The notes: generated by a model not told the origin, from the letters alone. 64,000 nucleotides of DNA from an uncultured Oscillospiraceae bacterium (GCA_964367585.1 CAYIYH010000003.1:36134-100133), one strand, 5' to 3'; numbered from the stretch's first letter, positions 18,128-28,999 are shown. Program-made: numbers and translations.

Positions 18128-19541
18128 ATATATCCCCAGAAAACTCTTTATCTATTTCTATTAAAGTATCTATAATTATTCGCATCTCTTTTTCCGTGAC
18201 TGTCCTCACGTCTAAATATAGTTTATCTTTGTTTATTCGTCCGATGATAGGAATCTCTGCTCTGCGCAATCTTCTTTCTATTTTTTCAATTTTGACATTG
18301 CTGGTGGATATTTCGACTGCAGCTCCATACAAAATAGTTTCCGGAGCACTCCCCCCTCCGACTCTATTTTTAGTATTCACCGAAGATACATTGAGATGTT
18401 GTAAATGACTTTTTAATTCTAGCACCATGTTATTGGCGGTTTCGACTAGTTCCTCTCGAGATTTCGTCAACATGTTTAACACAGGAATTGTCACTTTCGC
18501 GTTGTTTTCGTCCAAATATTCTCTAAAAGCACTCTCCATTGCAGCTATTGACATCTTGTCTATCCTAACTACCCTTGCTAGTGGATGTTTTTTCATCGCG
18601 TCGATGTATTTCTTTTTTCCTGCTATTATTCCACCCTGTGGTCCACCTAAAAGTTTATCCCCACTAAATAATATTACATCTATTCCTGTAGAAACACTTT
18701 TCTTGACCGATGGCTCGTCAATACCATACTCACTTAAGTCTATCATTAAACCACTGCCCATATCGTATATCACAGGCAATTGCGTTTCTTTACCAAGTTC
18801 AACTAATTCCTCGAGAGAAACATCTTTTGTAAATCCTACTATTTTATAGTTACTTGCATGGACTTTCATGAGAGCCGCTGTATTATCATTAATCGCCGAA
18901 TTATAATCGTTTATATTGGTTTTATTAGTCGTACCAACTTCTTTGAGCACACAACCACTTTGGGCCATCACGTCCGGAACCCTAAAAGAACCACCAATTT
19001 CAACAAGCTCACCTCGCGAAACTATGACTTCCTTATTCGCCCCTATTGCTGATAGGCATAACATAGTAGCGGCAGCATTATTGTTTACAACCATTGCTGC
19101 CTCCGTACCGGTAATAAGACATACTAATTTTTCTACATATTCATGTCTAGACCCTCTCTCTCCCCTTATTATGTCATATTCCAATGTTGTATAGTTCATC
19201 GCAGTCTCTACAACACTGTCACACATTTTTTTTGAAAGGCGAGCTCTTCCTAAATTTGTATGCAATACAACACCAGTAGCATTTATTACCTTTATTAATC
19301 TTTTATTATTTTTTTCTCTTATAGCATTAATAGCACGATTCACTAATTGATCAAAAGTGCAAGTTTTCGGATTATCGTCACTACCATTTAGTATTTCTTG
19401 ACGATATTCATCGATCACCTCTCTTACAGAATCAACTATGATTATTCGTGGCGTATCATAAAAAAATTCTGCAAGCGAATCAGCTTGCAGAATTTCATCA
19501 ATTTTTGGTATTTCTTTTAAATTTTTAGATTTTGAATTCAT
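18120..19541 (-). CDS. selA: L-seryl-tRNA(Sec) selenium transferase
   Basis: 473-aa SelA-like PLP enzyme (...[14 protein letters not shown]...[13 protein letters not shown]...). It overlaps the selB start by 8 nt. Confidence 0.9.
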   Translation of the reverse strand: MNSKSKNLKEIPKIDEILQADSLAEFFYDTPRIIIVDSVREVIDEYRQEILNGSDDNPKTCTFDQLVNRAINAIREKNNKRLIKVINATGVVLHTNLGRARLSKKMCDSVVETAMNYTTLEYDIIRGERGSRHEYVEKLVCLITGTEAAMVVNNNAAATMLCLSAIGANKEVIVSRGELVEIGGSFRVPDVMAQSGCVLKEVGTTNKTNINDYNSAINDNTAALMKVHASNYKIVGFTKDVSLEELVELGKETQLPVIYDMGSGLMIDLSEYGIDEPSVKKSVSTGIDVILFSGDKLLGGPQGGIIAGKKKYIDAMKKHPLARVVRIDKMSIAAMESAFREYLDENNAKVTIPVLNMLTKSREELVETANNMVLELKSHLQHLNVSSVNTKNRVGGGSAPETILYGAAVEISTSNVKIEKIERRLRRAEIPIIGRINKDKLYLDVRTVTEKEMRIIIDTLIEIDKEFSGDIYE

Positions 19542-19589
19542 ATTTTATAACCTCAAAGGACAGAGTACATTTAAACATTGTTACAAAAA

Positions 19590-19686
19590 TGGCGAGAGTA
19601 TGTGGGAATCGAACCCACCCAAGAGGCTCCTAACCCCTCGAACCGATTTTGAAGATCGGAAGGCACACCAGCACCCATCTACCCTC
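19590..19686 (-). tRNA. selC: tRNA-Sec (anticodon UCA), CCA encoded
   Basis: The minus strand reads GAGGGTAGATGGGTGCTGGTGTGCCTTCCGATCTTCAAAATCGG...long variable arm...GGGTGGGTTCGATTCCCACATACTCTCGCCA. It has a CU-UCA-AA anticodon loop and a GGTTCGATTCC T-arm, and is ~97 nt long. Confidence 0.85.
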
Positions 19687-19722
19687 ATGTAACATTATTT
19701 ATTCGTCAAACTTTAAAATAAA

Positions 19723-21024
19723 TTATTCATCAAACTTTGAACAAAATCTTTCTTCGTATTGAGCAATTAACTCTTCTCTAAACTTAGGATGAGCGATATT
19801 TATAAGATTTTTCGCTCTTTGTCTAAGCGAAACACCTTTCATAGGAGCTATTCCATATTCCGTTACTATATAGTCGACATCATTTCTGGATGTTGTTACG
19901 GCCGCACCATGATCTAAAAATGGAACTATCTTTGATATTTTTCCCTTAACAGTAGAAGGCATTGCCATTATGGCTGCTCCACCGTTACTTGCAGTTGCTC
20001 CTCTTACGAAGTCTACCTGCCCACCAACACCAGAAATTTGAACAGTTCCTATTGTTTCGGAAACAACTTGTCCCATAAAATCCACTTGCACACATGAGTT
20101 AATTGCTTTCATGTTATCGTTTTGTGATATTACGAATGGATTATTAACATAGTCTACGGGACGGAATTCTATATCCGGATTATTATCTATATAGTCATAT
20201 AACTTTCGAGTCCCCATTATAAATGTAAGGATGCTTTTTCCATTATGGATTGTCTTTTTACTATTGGTGATTACTCCTGCTTCCACAAGCTCAAGGACTC
20301 CATCGGAAATCATTTCAGAGTGGATTCCCAAATCTTTTTTTTCTTTGAGGAATAGTAAGACTGCATCGGGAATTGCACCTATCCCTAGTTGAATAGTGTC
20401 TCCATCATTAATCAGTTTTGCACAATTTTCTCCAATAGCCTTTTCGATATCTGTAATAGTTGGAGGTTGTAACTCGATAATAGGTTCATCGTATTCTACT
20501 ATACAATCTAGCTCTGATACATGAACTAAACTTCCGGAACCGGTCCAAGGCATCTGAACATTGACTTGAGCGATGACTGTCTTGGATTGCTTGATAGCCT
20601 CCAAAGTATAGTCGACAGACACTCCAAGTGAACAATATCCCTCTGCATTTGGAGGTGTTACCATTACAAGTGCCACATCAGGTTTTAGTACAGTTTTAAT
20701 TAATTTAGGTACTTCGTGAAAGAATGACGGTGTAAAGTCAATCAAATTTTCCCTTGAAGCTTTCCGTGTAGATGATCCTACAAAAATTGCGTTATGGTGG
20801 AAGTTCTCCGCATACTCAGGCAAACAATACTCGGCCTTTCCCATTGCGACTAAATGTATTATCTCAACATTTTTGTATTCCTTTGCATTTTTTACCATTG
20901 CTTCTACAATATGAGCTGGCTCTCCACAAGCATGACCAGTAAAAACTCTATCTCCAGATTTAATAAATTTTACAGCTTCTTCAGAAGTCATTTTTCGTTC
21001 GTCAAATATTTTTTTCCATTCCAT
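19723..21024 (-). CDS. Acetyl-CoA hydrolase/transferase family protein (4-hydroxybutyrate / butyryl-CoA:acetate CoA-transferase-like)
   Basis: MEWKKIFDERKMTSEEAVKFIKSGD... is typical of this family. GGAGGA precedes the ATG at 21024. Confidence 0.85.
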   Translation of the reverse strand: MEWKKIFDERKMTSEEAVKFIKSGDRVFTGHACGEPAHIVEAMVKNAKEYKNVEIIHLVAMGKAEYCLPEYAENFHHNAIFVGSSTRKASRENLIDFTPSFFHEVPKLIKTVLKPDVALVMVTPPNAEGYCSLGVSVDYTLEAIKQSKTVIAQVNVQMPWTGSGSLVHVSELDCIVEYDEPIIELQPPTITDIEKAIGENCAKLINDGDTIQLGIGAIPDAVLLFLKEKKDLGIHSEMISDGVLELVEAGVITNSKKTIHNGKSILTFIMGTRKLYDYIDNNPDIEFRPVDYVNNPFVISQNDNMKAINSCVQVDFMGQVVSETIGTVQISGVGGQVDFVRGATASNGGAAIMAMPSTVKGKISKIVPFLDHGAAVTTSRNDVDYIVTEYGIAPMKGVSLRQRAKNLINIAHPKFREELIAQYEERFCSKFDE

Positions 21025-21397
21025 ATGTATTCCTCCATAATTATCCATTAATATATGACATATAAATTTCTTTTTTCAAAGCAAAAATAATTTTATATTG
21101 TATTTTTTTTATTATTTTACATTTTTTTCTTTAATTTTCCTGTAAAAAATATTATAATTTAAAAAAGCGGAATATTTAGTAAGCTTTAACGAATAGATTT
21201 TCACACTATCCGAAACAAAATTAGTTTTGTGTATTTCAAAAGAATGGGATAAACAAATAATCCCACTCTATGTTAACTAATAGTTTAGGGGGATTATTTG
21301 TCGTTCGACCCGCCCTTGCTTCGCAAGATGGCAGATTCATATTAGCCGAGCTAATATAAATATCCGCATTATTAACATAATTCAGAGGAGGAATATT

Positions 21398-22471
21398 ATG
21401 AAAAAACTGTTGGCATTGCTTTTAATTGCAATCATGGCTTTCACATTGGTAGCATGTGGTGGTGATTCAGCTGAAGAAGAATCTGGAGCGGAAATTGCTT
21501 TAGTAACTGACGTAGGAACTATCGACGACCGTTCATTTAACCAAGGTGCTTGGGAAGGTGTTGAAGCATACTGCGAAGATAACGGTGTGACTTATGCATA
21601 CTACCAACCTACAGAAAACAGTGACGTAGCCAGAATGGAACAAATCGATAATGCCGTTGTAAATGGTGCAAAAATTGTCGTTACTCCAGGATTCTTATTT
21701 AACACTGTAATCCTTGAAGCACAAGACAAATATCCTGATGTTAATTTCATCTTCCTAGATGGAGTACCTCAAGATGCTGACTTCAATGTTAGAATCGAAG
21801 CAAACACAGTAGGTGTTTTATTCGCTGAACAAGAAGCTGGATACTTGGCTGGATATGCTGCTGTAAAAGAAGGATACACAAGCCTAGGATTCTTAGGTGG
21901 AATGGCTGTACCTGCGGTAGTTAGATTCGGATATGGATTCGTAGAAGGTGCAGAAGATGCAGCTCAAGAATTAGGTTTAGATTCTGTTGAAATTAAATAC
22001 GGATACACAGGAACATTCGAACCATCTCCAGACATCCAAACTAAAGCAGCTTCTTGGTACAATGATGGAACAGAAGTAATATTTGCTTGTGGTGGTGGAA
22101 TTTGGTCTAATATCGATGCTGCTGCTGACGAAGCAGGTGCACTTCTAATCGGTGTTGACTCTGACCAAAATCACCTGTCTGAAAACTTCCTTACTTCTTC
22201 TATGAAGGGATTACAAGCAGCTACTTACCAAATCATCGAATCTGTCTACAATGACACTTTCCAAGGTGGTGAAACTGTAATCTTAGGTGCTGCAGAAGAG
22301 GCTGTAGGGCTTCCTATGGATACATCTACGTTTGAAACATTTACACAAGATGATTACGATACATTATTCGCAATGATCCAAGATGGATCTGTTGATATCG
22401 TAACAGACGCTGATGTTGCATCTGCTGCGGAAATTGCTACTGATATAGTAACAGTTACTATAGTTGAGTAA
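21398..22471 (+). CDS. BMP-family (Med/PnrA-like) ABC-transporter substrate-binding lipoprotein
   Basis: 357 aa with a lipobox (FTLVAC-GG) and a BMP-like core (ALVTDVGTIDDRSFNQGAWEG). There are no adjacent permease or ATPase genes. Confidence 0.85.
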   Translation: MKKLLALLLIAIMAFTLVACGGDSAEEESGAEIALVTDVGTIDDRSFNQGAWEGVEAYCEDNGVTYAYYQPTENSDVARMEQIDNAVVNGAKIVVTPGFLFNTVILEAQDKYPDVNFIFLDGVPQDADFNVRIEANTVGVLFAEQEAGYLAGYAAVKEGYTSLGFLGGMAVPAVVRFGYGFVEGAEDAAQELGLDSVEIKYGYTGTFEPSPDIQTKAASWYNDGTEVIFACGGGIWSNIDAAADEAGALLIGVDSDQNHLSENFLTSSMKGLQAATYQIIESVYNDTFQGGETVILGAAEEAVGLPMDTSTFETFTQDDYDTLFAMIQDGSVDIVTDADVASAAEIATDIVTVTIVE

Positions 22472-22516
22472 AATAACGTTTACTTACATACTAGATAGTG
22501 GTACAATTATCTACGG

Positions 22517-22550
22517 AAAAAGGGGATTGTCTAATAGACAATCCCCTTTT
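22517..22550 (+). terminator. Bidirectional rho-independent terminator
   Basis: Stem aaaaggggattgtc / gacaatcccctttt with a 5-nt loop, flanked by A and T runs. Confidence 0.75.
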
Positions 22551-22683
22551 CTTTTACGTATTCATTATGTGTTTTACTATCAATAACATCAAATAAACAC
22601 TGCATAATTAGCTAATTTGTGGTCTTAGTTTTGCACACTCTTTTTTGCGCATTCGCAATACTATATAACAAATACTGCTCAAA

Positions 22684-23478
22684 TTACATATTTTTGGATT
22701 TTTCCTCACATGCTTTCATCGCTTCAAATATCGCACTCCTCAATCCTTTTTGCTCTAACGTGCGGACTGCCTCTATAGTCGTTCCTCCCGGAGAACAAAC
22801 CATATCTTTTAAAGTCGCAGGGTGAAAATCTGTTTCCTTTACCATCTTAGCACTTCCCATAACTGCCTGTGCAGCAAACCTATATGCCAATTCTCTCGAC
22901 ATGCCTCCATGCACCGCAGCGTCAGCCATAGCCTCTATTATCATATATACATATGCGGGAGAACTTCCACTCACGGAAACAACTACGTCTAATAATTTCT
23001 CCGCTACAGGTTCGACTTCCCCAAAACTCTCAAGTATATTTTTGACGGCATCAAAATCCTCTTTTTCGATCATACTATTTGCACACATCGCAGTCATACC
23101 CTCAAGAACTAGTGCTGGAGTATTTGGCATCGTCCTTATGAGCTTTACTTTTTTGAGAAATTTTTCCTCAAGCCACTCTATTGTTTTACCTGGCGCAACG
23201 GTTACGATTATATTATGATCTTCCACCGATGTTCTGATTTCTTCAATTACTTCCTCATAGAACTGAGGCTTAACCGTAAGAAGTATAATATCAGAATTCT
23301 TAACCACTTCGATATTGTCACTAGCGGTGTTAATACCAAACTTCTCGGCTGCTGCCTCAGTTTTTTCAGTGTCGATATCAAACACCGTAATATCAGAAGG
23401 TATTATTTCTTGTCTAAATAATATCCCCGTCGTCATGGCACGCGCCATATTTCCAAATCCCAAAAATCCAATTTTCAT
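22684..23478 (-). CDS. proC: Pyrroline-5-carboxylate reductase
   Basis: 264 aa with N-terminus MKIGFLGFGNMA and the ProC C-terminal signature (VCSPGGTTIEAV). Confidence 0.9.
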   Translation of the reverse strand: MKIGFLGFGNMARAMTTGILFRQEIIPSDITVFDIDTEKTEAAAEKFGINTASDNIEVVKNSDIILLTVKPQFYEEVIEEIRTSVEDHNIIVTVAPGKTIEWLEEKFLKKVKLIRTMPNTPALVLEGMTAMCANSMIEKEDFDAVKNILESFGEVEPVAEKLLDVVVSVSGSSPAYVYMIIEAMADAAVHGGMSRELAYRFAAQAVMGSAKMVKETDFHPATLKDMVCSPGGTTIEAVRTLEQKGLRSAIFEAMKACEEKSKNM

Positions 23479-23620
23479 AATCTATTCCTTTCCTTTCTGT
23501 TCTTTTATTTTATTTTCTATAAATCAATTTAAATCAAGGCTACAATTCACACGATTAATACGTGTCATATTAGCTGGATATATAGTTTCGCGTTAGGTGA
23601 AGTATAAAGGGTCATATTAA

Positions 23621-24385
23621 TTAAGGGGTTATCTCCTTGGCCACAACCAAAAATCTCCCCGGAGCATGCGTGTTGCTAGCCAAGCATGTCGACATCGTTA
23701 TGATGTTGTCTCCAAAGGATGCTGTAGCGCCTGTATCATATAATTCCATCGAATTAATTATTCCCATATATTCATTAAACGCTTGCTCGTCCGTAATATT
23801 TCCATATTCAAAGAAGTCAAAGAAATCCTCATCTATGCTTAGCAGTGATACTATTGCAACATTAATAATTTCATATTCTCTGATTTCGTCCATCGTATCG
23901 AACCGAATCACGTTGTTCTCCGAGAAAAATGCTGGATCATCATACTCGTCTAATTCCGCAAACATACTCCCATTTTGCATGTTATGTCCATGCACAATCA
24001 TATTGCTGCTTCCCGGTTCATAATAATCATCAATATATATAGAACCACTGCTCGCACTTTCTTTTTTATAATTTCTGTACAAATAGTAGTCACCACTATT
24101 CGGACTATACATAACCGGATAATTAATGTTAGTACTGGGAATTGTAATCCACCCCCAAAAATCATTATTTTCGTCATACATTTCTTTGTAAAATTGCAAA
24201 GTTGATTCTTCATAGAAATTTTCATTAAGTGAAGCTACTCGAGTATGTAAATCATCATATGCGGAGCTTTCTCGTTCAGAAGTAATGTAATAATCGGCTA
24301 TCCTGTATCCGCTCAGCAATACTACTATTAGAAGCAATATCATTATTAACTTATACAACCTATCTGTTTTTTTATTTTCGTCCAT
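23621..24385 (-). CDS. srtB: Class B sortase
   Basis: 254 aa with an N-terminal TM anchor, IVHGHNM and ITMSTC active-site motifs, and SrtB-like length. Confidence 0.75.
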   Translation of the reverse strand: MDENKKTDRLYKLIMILLLIVVLLSGYRIADYYITSERESSAYDDLHTRVASLNENFYEESTLQFYKEMYDENNDFWGWITIPSTNINYPVMYSPNSGDYYLYRNYKKESASSGSIYIDDYYEPGSSNMIVHGHNMQNGSMFAELDEYDDPAFFSENNVIRFDTMDEIREYEIINVAIVSLLSIDEDFFDFFEYGNITDEQAFNEYMGIINSMELYDTGATASFGDNIITMSTCLASNTHAPGRFLVVAKEITP

Positions 24386-24540
24386 CTTTATCCCTATAAA
24401 TTATAACCATTGCACGCTGTCCCCCGCCTCTTAGTCTTCTTTTTACCATATAGCTATCAGCACAGCCAGAATTCTTATTTACTAATATAGTATAACATAT
24501 TATCCGCGCATTTTTATAAGTGCATAAGAAATTTATAAAA

Positions 24541-24574
24541 AAAACCCTCAAAAGTACATTTTTTGAGGGTTTTT
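24541..24574 (-). terminator. Bidirectional terminator ending the MttB-family operon
   Basis: Stem aaaaccctcaaaa / ttttgagggtttt with T-runs on both strands. Confidence 0.7.
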
Positions 24575-24702
24575 GGTAATTATTTATAATTATATTACAG
24601 TGCTCATTCTATAAATCTTATTTTATTGCAAAACCTACTATCTTCAATTGATGTCAAAATATCAACAATTGTCATAAAAGTAACATCAATTCTCATAGAT
24701 GA

Positions 24703-26142
24703 CTAATATCGTGATTGCCAAATTTTTTCATGCTTTTCAATTATGTCTATTTTGTCTTGGCTTAAAGAAGGAACTTTATGGGTTATCAATATATCATTGA
24801 TTTTATCAATAATTTTATTATGCAAATAGTTTTTCTCATCCTTCACCATGTTCCTTGAATACAATTCGGGATACCACACATCTCTATATTGTTCAAGCGT
24901 TGTGTCTTCTTCGAGATAGTGATTGGCAGGCCCAACTTCCTTTATTGTTTGATACATTATCGCTTCTTTATTCACCTCTACACCCACCACGAAATGCTTT
25001 ACTTGTTCAATTATTTCATTAGCCAGAACAATATTTACAGGAGATATTCCGTATGAGTGTCCCATTTCGCCAACATCATGGACAAAACTTGCCTTACTCA
25101 TTATTGAGCTCATCAATCCTAACTGCATTTCAGAAACCGCTTGATAATCCATAGTGCTTGCATCTGTAACTGACCCAGTTCCATAAAATGGTAATCCATA
25201 ATACTCCGCCATCTCAGAACTTGCCGCATTACAAAGATAAAACTCCGGACATCCATACGATCCAATATTAGTTTTCATATCCATAATAGTATTCATAGCA
25301 CCATAAATAAAAGAACTTTTCTCTCGTACTGCTTGAGATATCACTAATCCAGTCAATACTTCCACATTATTTTGGACGATAATTGCCGCCTTACTCATCG
25401 GTGCGGTTGCGCCCATCATACTATAAGGCATATACACAAATGGAATCCCATGTTCCGCACATAATTTTATTCTAAGCGTGCTTTCCTCAGGATGAGATCT
25501 TGGAGAAATCGGTTCCGCATAATACATGAAAAACGGCTTTTCTCTAAGGGCTTCCGGGCCACCGGCAAACTCTACAGCAAATTCTAGTATGTCTTTTAAT
25601 CCATCTGTATCACTAGTACATACTTGGATTCCCTTAGTATAATATTTCAACACATCACAAAAACATTGCTGACATGCTATTTTAGAATTCCCCTCACGGA
25701 AAACACCTGTTGCCAATATGAAATCCATGTTGGGTAAGCAATCTGATATTGTACAAATAGTTTTAATATCCTCTCTCACAAAGTCTCGAGGCTCATTTGT
25801 TTCAGGTTGAAGGAATTCGAACTGATCAGCACCTGACCCAAAATATATGTTTCTCTTTTCGTCCATCTCGATACAAACTTCACCATCACGATTATAAATT
25901 GTAATATTCTTTGGTGCTAATTCTAGGGATTTTTGAACTAAACCTCTTGGAATTTTTGCAATATTATTATCAGAAAAGACGACGCCTTTTTCTTTTAGTA
26001 TCTCTACTACGTCATCCCCCTCAATTTTTACACCTAATTCTTCCATTATTTCAAGCGACACTTCATGGATTTCTTCTATTTTTTTCTTATCTAATACTCG
26101 AAAATCTATCCCTTGCGAAATATTTCTTTTTGGAAATGACAT
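24703..26142 (-). CDS. MttB (trimethylamine methyltransferase) superfamily protein, non-pyrrolysine type
   Basis: 479-aa uninterrupted ORF with MttB-family length and blocks (...MPYSMMGATAPMS...). There is no in-frame UAG. Confidence 0.8.
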   Translation of the reverse strand: MSFPKRNISQGIDFRVLDKKKIEEIHEVSLEIMEELGVKIEGDDVVEILKEKGVVFSDNNIAKIPRGLVQKSLELAPKNITIYNRDGEVCIEMDEKRNIYFGSGADQFEFLQPETNEPRDFVREDIKTICTISDCLPNMDFILATGVFREGNSKIACQQCFCDVLKYYTKGIQVCTSDTDGLKDILEFAVEFAGGPEALREKPFFMYYAEPISPRSHPEESTLRIKLCAEHGIPFVYMPYSMMGATAPMSKAAIIVQNNVEVLTGLVISQAVREKSSFIYGAMNTIMDMKTNIGSYGCPEFYLCNAASSEMAEYYGLPFYGTGSVTDASTMDYQAVSEMQLGLMSSIMSKASFVHDVGEMGHSYGISPVNIVLANEIIEQVKHFVVGVEVNKEAIMYQTIKEVGPANHYLEEDTTLEQYRDVWYPELYSRNMVKDEKNYLHNKIIDKINDILITHKVPSLSQDKIDIIEKHEKIWQSRY

Positions 26143-26287
26143 GTACTAAGCCTCTCTTTCCCAATTCCCTAATAATACTGTTATATATCATAGCACTTTT
26201 GTTTTGGTCTACTACTAGCATTTTATTTCCCTGACTCAACTCATACTATTTTTAAATCTTTTTTGTACATAACACTATTAATCAAAA

Positions 26288-27640
26288 TTACACGCCCAAT
26301 ATAGTCATAAATAATACTATCAATGGAATACAAATAATTGTTCTTAAAATAAATATTAGTAAAAGCTGAGTGAATTTTAGCGGTAATTTTGAACTTAATA
26401 GCAAAGCACCGACTTCAGACATATATATTAATTGTGTAATTGAAAGGACTCCTACAAAAAACTTAGTGTATTCCGAAGTTATAGTTGAAGACGCTAACAC
26501 AGAAGGAATAAACATATCCCCAAACCCTGATAACACAGTAGCTGCGGCAGCCTCTGCTTCAGGAATTCCAAGTAGATTCAAAAATGGTACAAATGGCACT
26601 CCTAGCCAAGAAAAGAAGTCCGTATAATATGAGATAATTAATGAAACTGTACCTATAAGCATAACAGTTGGCATACAAGATATAGAAGCCTCAAAGCTTG
26701 TTTTCACTCCCTTTTTAACAAAGTTCACGATTGACGTGGATTCTGCATCACTGCGTGTAACAGCTCTAGATAATGCCAAAGAAAAAATCTTACCAGTATG
26801 TTTTTCCTCTTTATTTTGTGTTTCAACATGGTAAGTATCCGATATCCTAGATAAAGGTGGTATCCTCGTCATGATAGCACCACATGTGAATCCTGTCAAA
26901 ATATTTACCACAAAGAAAGGTAAAAACATATGAGTTAACTGAAGCTGACTTACTACTAATAATGAAAAGGATATACTTACTGCCGAAAATGTGGTGGCAA
27001 TTACTGCTGCTTCACGCTTTGAATAGTATCCGTCTTGATATTGCTTAGTCGTGATCAAAATACCAATAATCGCATCACCTAGCCAAGAAGCCAAGCAATC
27101 TATAGCACTTCTCCCAGGAACTCTATATAGCGGTCTCATTATCTTAGACATATAACTTCCTACAAATTCAAGCAATCCATAATTTAGTAATAAATCCATC
27201 AGTGAACCGGCAACAAGTATTGTCATAACCCAATACACTAATAATCCATGAATCAAAAACGACCCAGTGTCTGCAGATATTATCATTTCCGGCCCTACTT
27301 GTAGCATACACAAAAAAGTTATGACTGCGCCCAAAATACGCACAGTAAACCATATATTTCCGACATAAAATAGCGTTTTTATCCATTCTGTTTGCATAAT
27401 AAAATTAGGTTTAAAAACTCTTGCTACAATAGTTCCTATAGCAGATAAATATATTAACCCATACACCACATAAGGCATTATCGGAAGTGTCATATTTGTA
27501 GCTGTACTGGCCAATACAGCAATTGTTAAATTCCATTCCCCATTAATTGGAACAGGGAAAAGAAACAAAAACACACCGATTAGCGACGGTATCAAAAATC
27601 TTAATATTTGTTTTGAACTATATTTTTTCTCTTCATTCAT
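26288..27640 (-). CDS. YjiH-like / nucleoside-recognition (Gate) domain multi-pass membrane transporter
   Basis: ~450 aa with about 10-12 TM segments. It is a paralog of 45057-46430 and 53491-54837 (shared blocks LEFxGxxMxKxMRPLxxxPGRSxxDxLASWxG). The probable start is ATG 27640 (MNEEKKY). Confidence 0.7.
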   Translation of the reverse strand: MNEEKKYSSKQILRFLIPSLIGVFLFLFPVPINGEWNLTIAVLASTATNMTLPIMPYVVYGLIYLSAIGTIVARVFKPNFIMQTEWIKTLFYVGNIWFTVRILGAVITFLCMLQVGPEMIISADTGSFLIHGLLVYWVMTILVAGSLMDLLLNYGLLEFVGSYMSKIMRPLYRVPGRSAIDCLASWLGDAIIGILITTKQYQDGYYSKREAAVIATTFSAVSISFSLLVVSQLQLTHMFLPFFVVNILTGFTCGAIMTRIPPLSRISDTYHVETQNKEEKHTGKIFSLALSRAVTRSDAESTSIVNFVKKGVKTSFEASISCMPTVMLIGTVSLIISYYTDFFSWLGVPFVPFLNLLGIPEAEAAAATVLSGFGDMFIPSVLASSTITSEYTKFFVGVLSITQLIYMSEVGALLLSSKLPLKFTQLLLIFILRTIICIPLIVLFMTILGV

Positions 27641-27740
27641 TTTATTCTCTTCTTTCCGCCTTATTATCAAGGCATTGATAAACGATGTTACTCCAATTAT
27701 ATTATTTTCTATTTTCTACGAATATTCTGAAGCGAATTAG

Positions 27741-28937
27741 TTATCTAATATACTCATTAATTTCTTTCGCTGTCATTCCACCAAGCCCTATATCTTCTAA
27801 AGTGTATCCTTCACTATAGTAATCACGTTCTAACATTACAGATGATAATGAAATCATAGAATCTATGAGTGGTGTTTTAACCCCAAGAAGTTTTCCTAAC
27901 AAATGAAAAATATGACAACCGACAGGAATGTCTTCTGTTAAATACCTCGTATTTATTGTAGTTGGCCCTGTTCCCCATGCTACGTGGTTTATGTCTTCAA
28001 ATGGAATTGCAAAATCCGGTCCCATGTACTCTTCTCCCAAGATACTCTCTCTGGAATAGAATTTTGACTCGTCGTACTCTTGCATTTTTACACCTAATGC
28101 CTTAGCCAAAGCCATTTCTTCGAGATAAATTCCATATTGAACTTTAGAAATTGATGGACAATAAACATGAGAATATATTGAGAAGTTTTCTTTGTGATCA
28201 CCGTATATTAATCCGAAGTTCTCCATAGCACCTACCCCTAGAATTACACCCGGTGCATGCAGTATTGGATTGACGTTACTAAATCCAATATCCATAACGG
28301 TATCACCACTAGTAGGCCCATCTCCTGTATATATAGACTCTAAAGCTCCGATATATTTACCACTTTCCAAAAATTCCTCTTGGTCGGATAATGGCATTGC
28401 GGAACCTCTCAATGTAATAGCCCTATATGATACATCTACGGAAGGCATAACTACTCCACCCATGGAATCTACACGTGCTCCGTACGGAGAACTTGACCAG
28501 CCGCCTACGATTACTTTTTTATTACAACCTGCCTCTTTCATCATTTTACGGAGTATTAAACTTCCATAATTGTCAGGGAAAATATGGATTGCCATTCCAT
28601 CTTCCAATAAAGGTATCAGCTTTTCAAAAAACAACTTATGTCCCACGCATGGAAGAGCTGTTACAATAATATCAGCACCTTTGATTGCTTTTTCAATATC
28701 GTCGGTCGCAAATTCTAAGTGTGCAATTCCAGAGCGGTGAAATCCATACAAATTAACCTGTTTTCCATATAGATTAATTCCACTTCTCTCAATACCAAAT
28801 AAAGATTTTTCTGCGAATGGTGCAAGATCACAAATTCTAACTTTGCATCCCGCCAAAGATGAGTCCGCTGCAATTGCCTTTCCGACAGCACCAGCTCCCA
28901 ATACCGTAATTGTTTTTGATCGATATTTTTTATCCAT
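27741..28937 (-). CDS. NAD(P)-dependent opine (octopine/nopaline) dehydrogenase family protein
   Basis: It has a Rossmann motif (ITVLGAGAVGKA) and a C-terminal opine-DH-like block (INTRYLTEDIPVG). The start is ATG 28937 with GGAAGGAG upstream. The longer track ORF would run into the promoter. Confidence 0.8.
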   Translation of the reverse strand: MDKKYRSKTITVLGAGAVGKAIAADSSLAGCKVRICDLAPFAEKSLFGIERSGINLYGKQVNLYGFHRSGIAHLEFATDDIEKAIKGADIIVTALPCVGHKLFFEKLIPLLEDGMAIHIFPDNYGSLILRKMMKEAGCNKKVIVGGWSSSPYGARVDSMGGVVMPSVDVSYRAITLRGSAMPLSDQEEFLESGKYIGALESIYTGDGPTSGDTVMDIGFSNVNPILHAPGVILGVGAMENFGLIYGDHKENFSIYSHVYCPSISKVQYGIYLEEMALAKALGVKMQEYDESKFYSRESILGEEYMGPDFAIPFEDINHVAWGTGPTTINTRYLTEDIPVGCHIFHLLGKLLGVKTPLIDSMISLSSVMLERDYYSEGYTLEDIGLGGMTAKEINEYIR

Positions 28938-28983
28938 CAGTTTACACTCCTTCCTCGTAGATAATAACCTAAATAGTTTATAA

Positions 28984-28999
28984 AGCAATTATCATGCCA
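28984..28999 (-). promoter_or_regulatory. Sigma54 (-24/-12) promoter
   Basis: The minus strand reads TGGCAT-GATAA-TTGCT. The GG-N10-GC spacing is exact, and it lies ~47 nt upstream of the ATG at 28937. Confidence 0.7.

Noticed and set aside
21200-21397. Purine/nucleoside riboswitch upstream of the BMP lipoprotein gene.
   Set aside because: I could not find the conserved purine-aptamer loops (UAUAAU...GGAUAUGG...CCGUAAAU), nor any other riboswitch core. Only generic hairpins are present.
24403-24445. Possible fifth copy of the ~57-bp repeat (TTATAACCATTGCACGCTG...CTCTTAGTCTTC).
   Set aside because: Only the two ends resemble the family and the central TGCAAGCAC block is missing. The match is too weak to call without a statistical alignment, so I mention it only as a possible remnant.
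24703-26142. Possible pyrrolysine (in-frame UAG) in the MttB-family gene.
   Set aside because: The ORF is uninterrupted over its full family-typical length, and I saw no pyl genes in the window.
28938-28988. Longer 5' extensions of track ORFs (28988, 30569, 15402, 7852, 21048, 27670, 32355, 42751, 49479).
   Set aside because: The extensions lack SD sequences, run through a promoter or repeat, or add non-homologous residues. Internal ATG/TTG codons with good SD sites give N-termini typical of the families.
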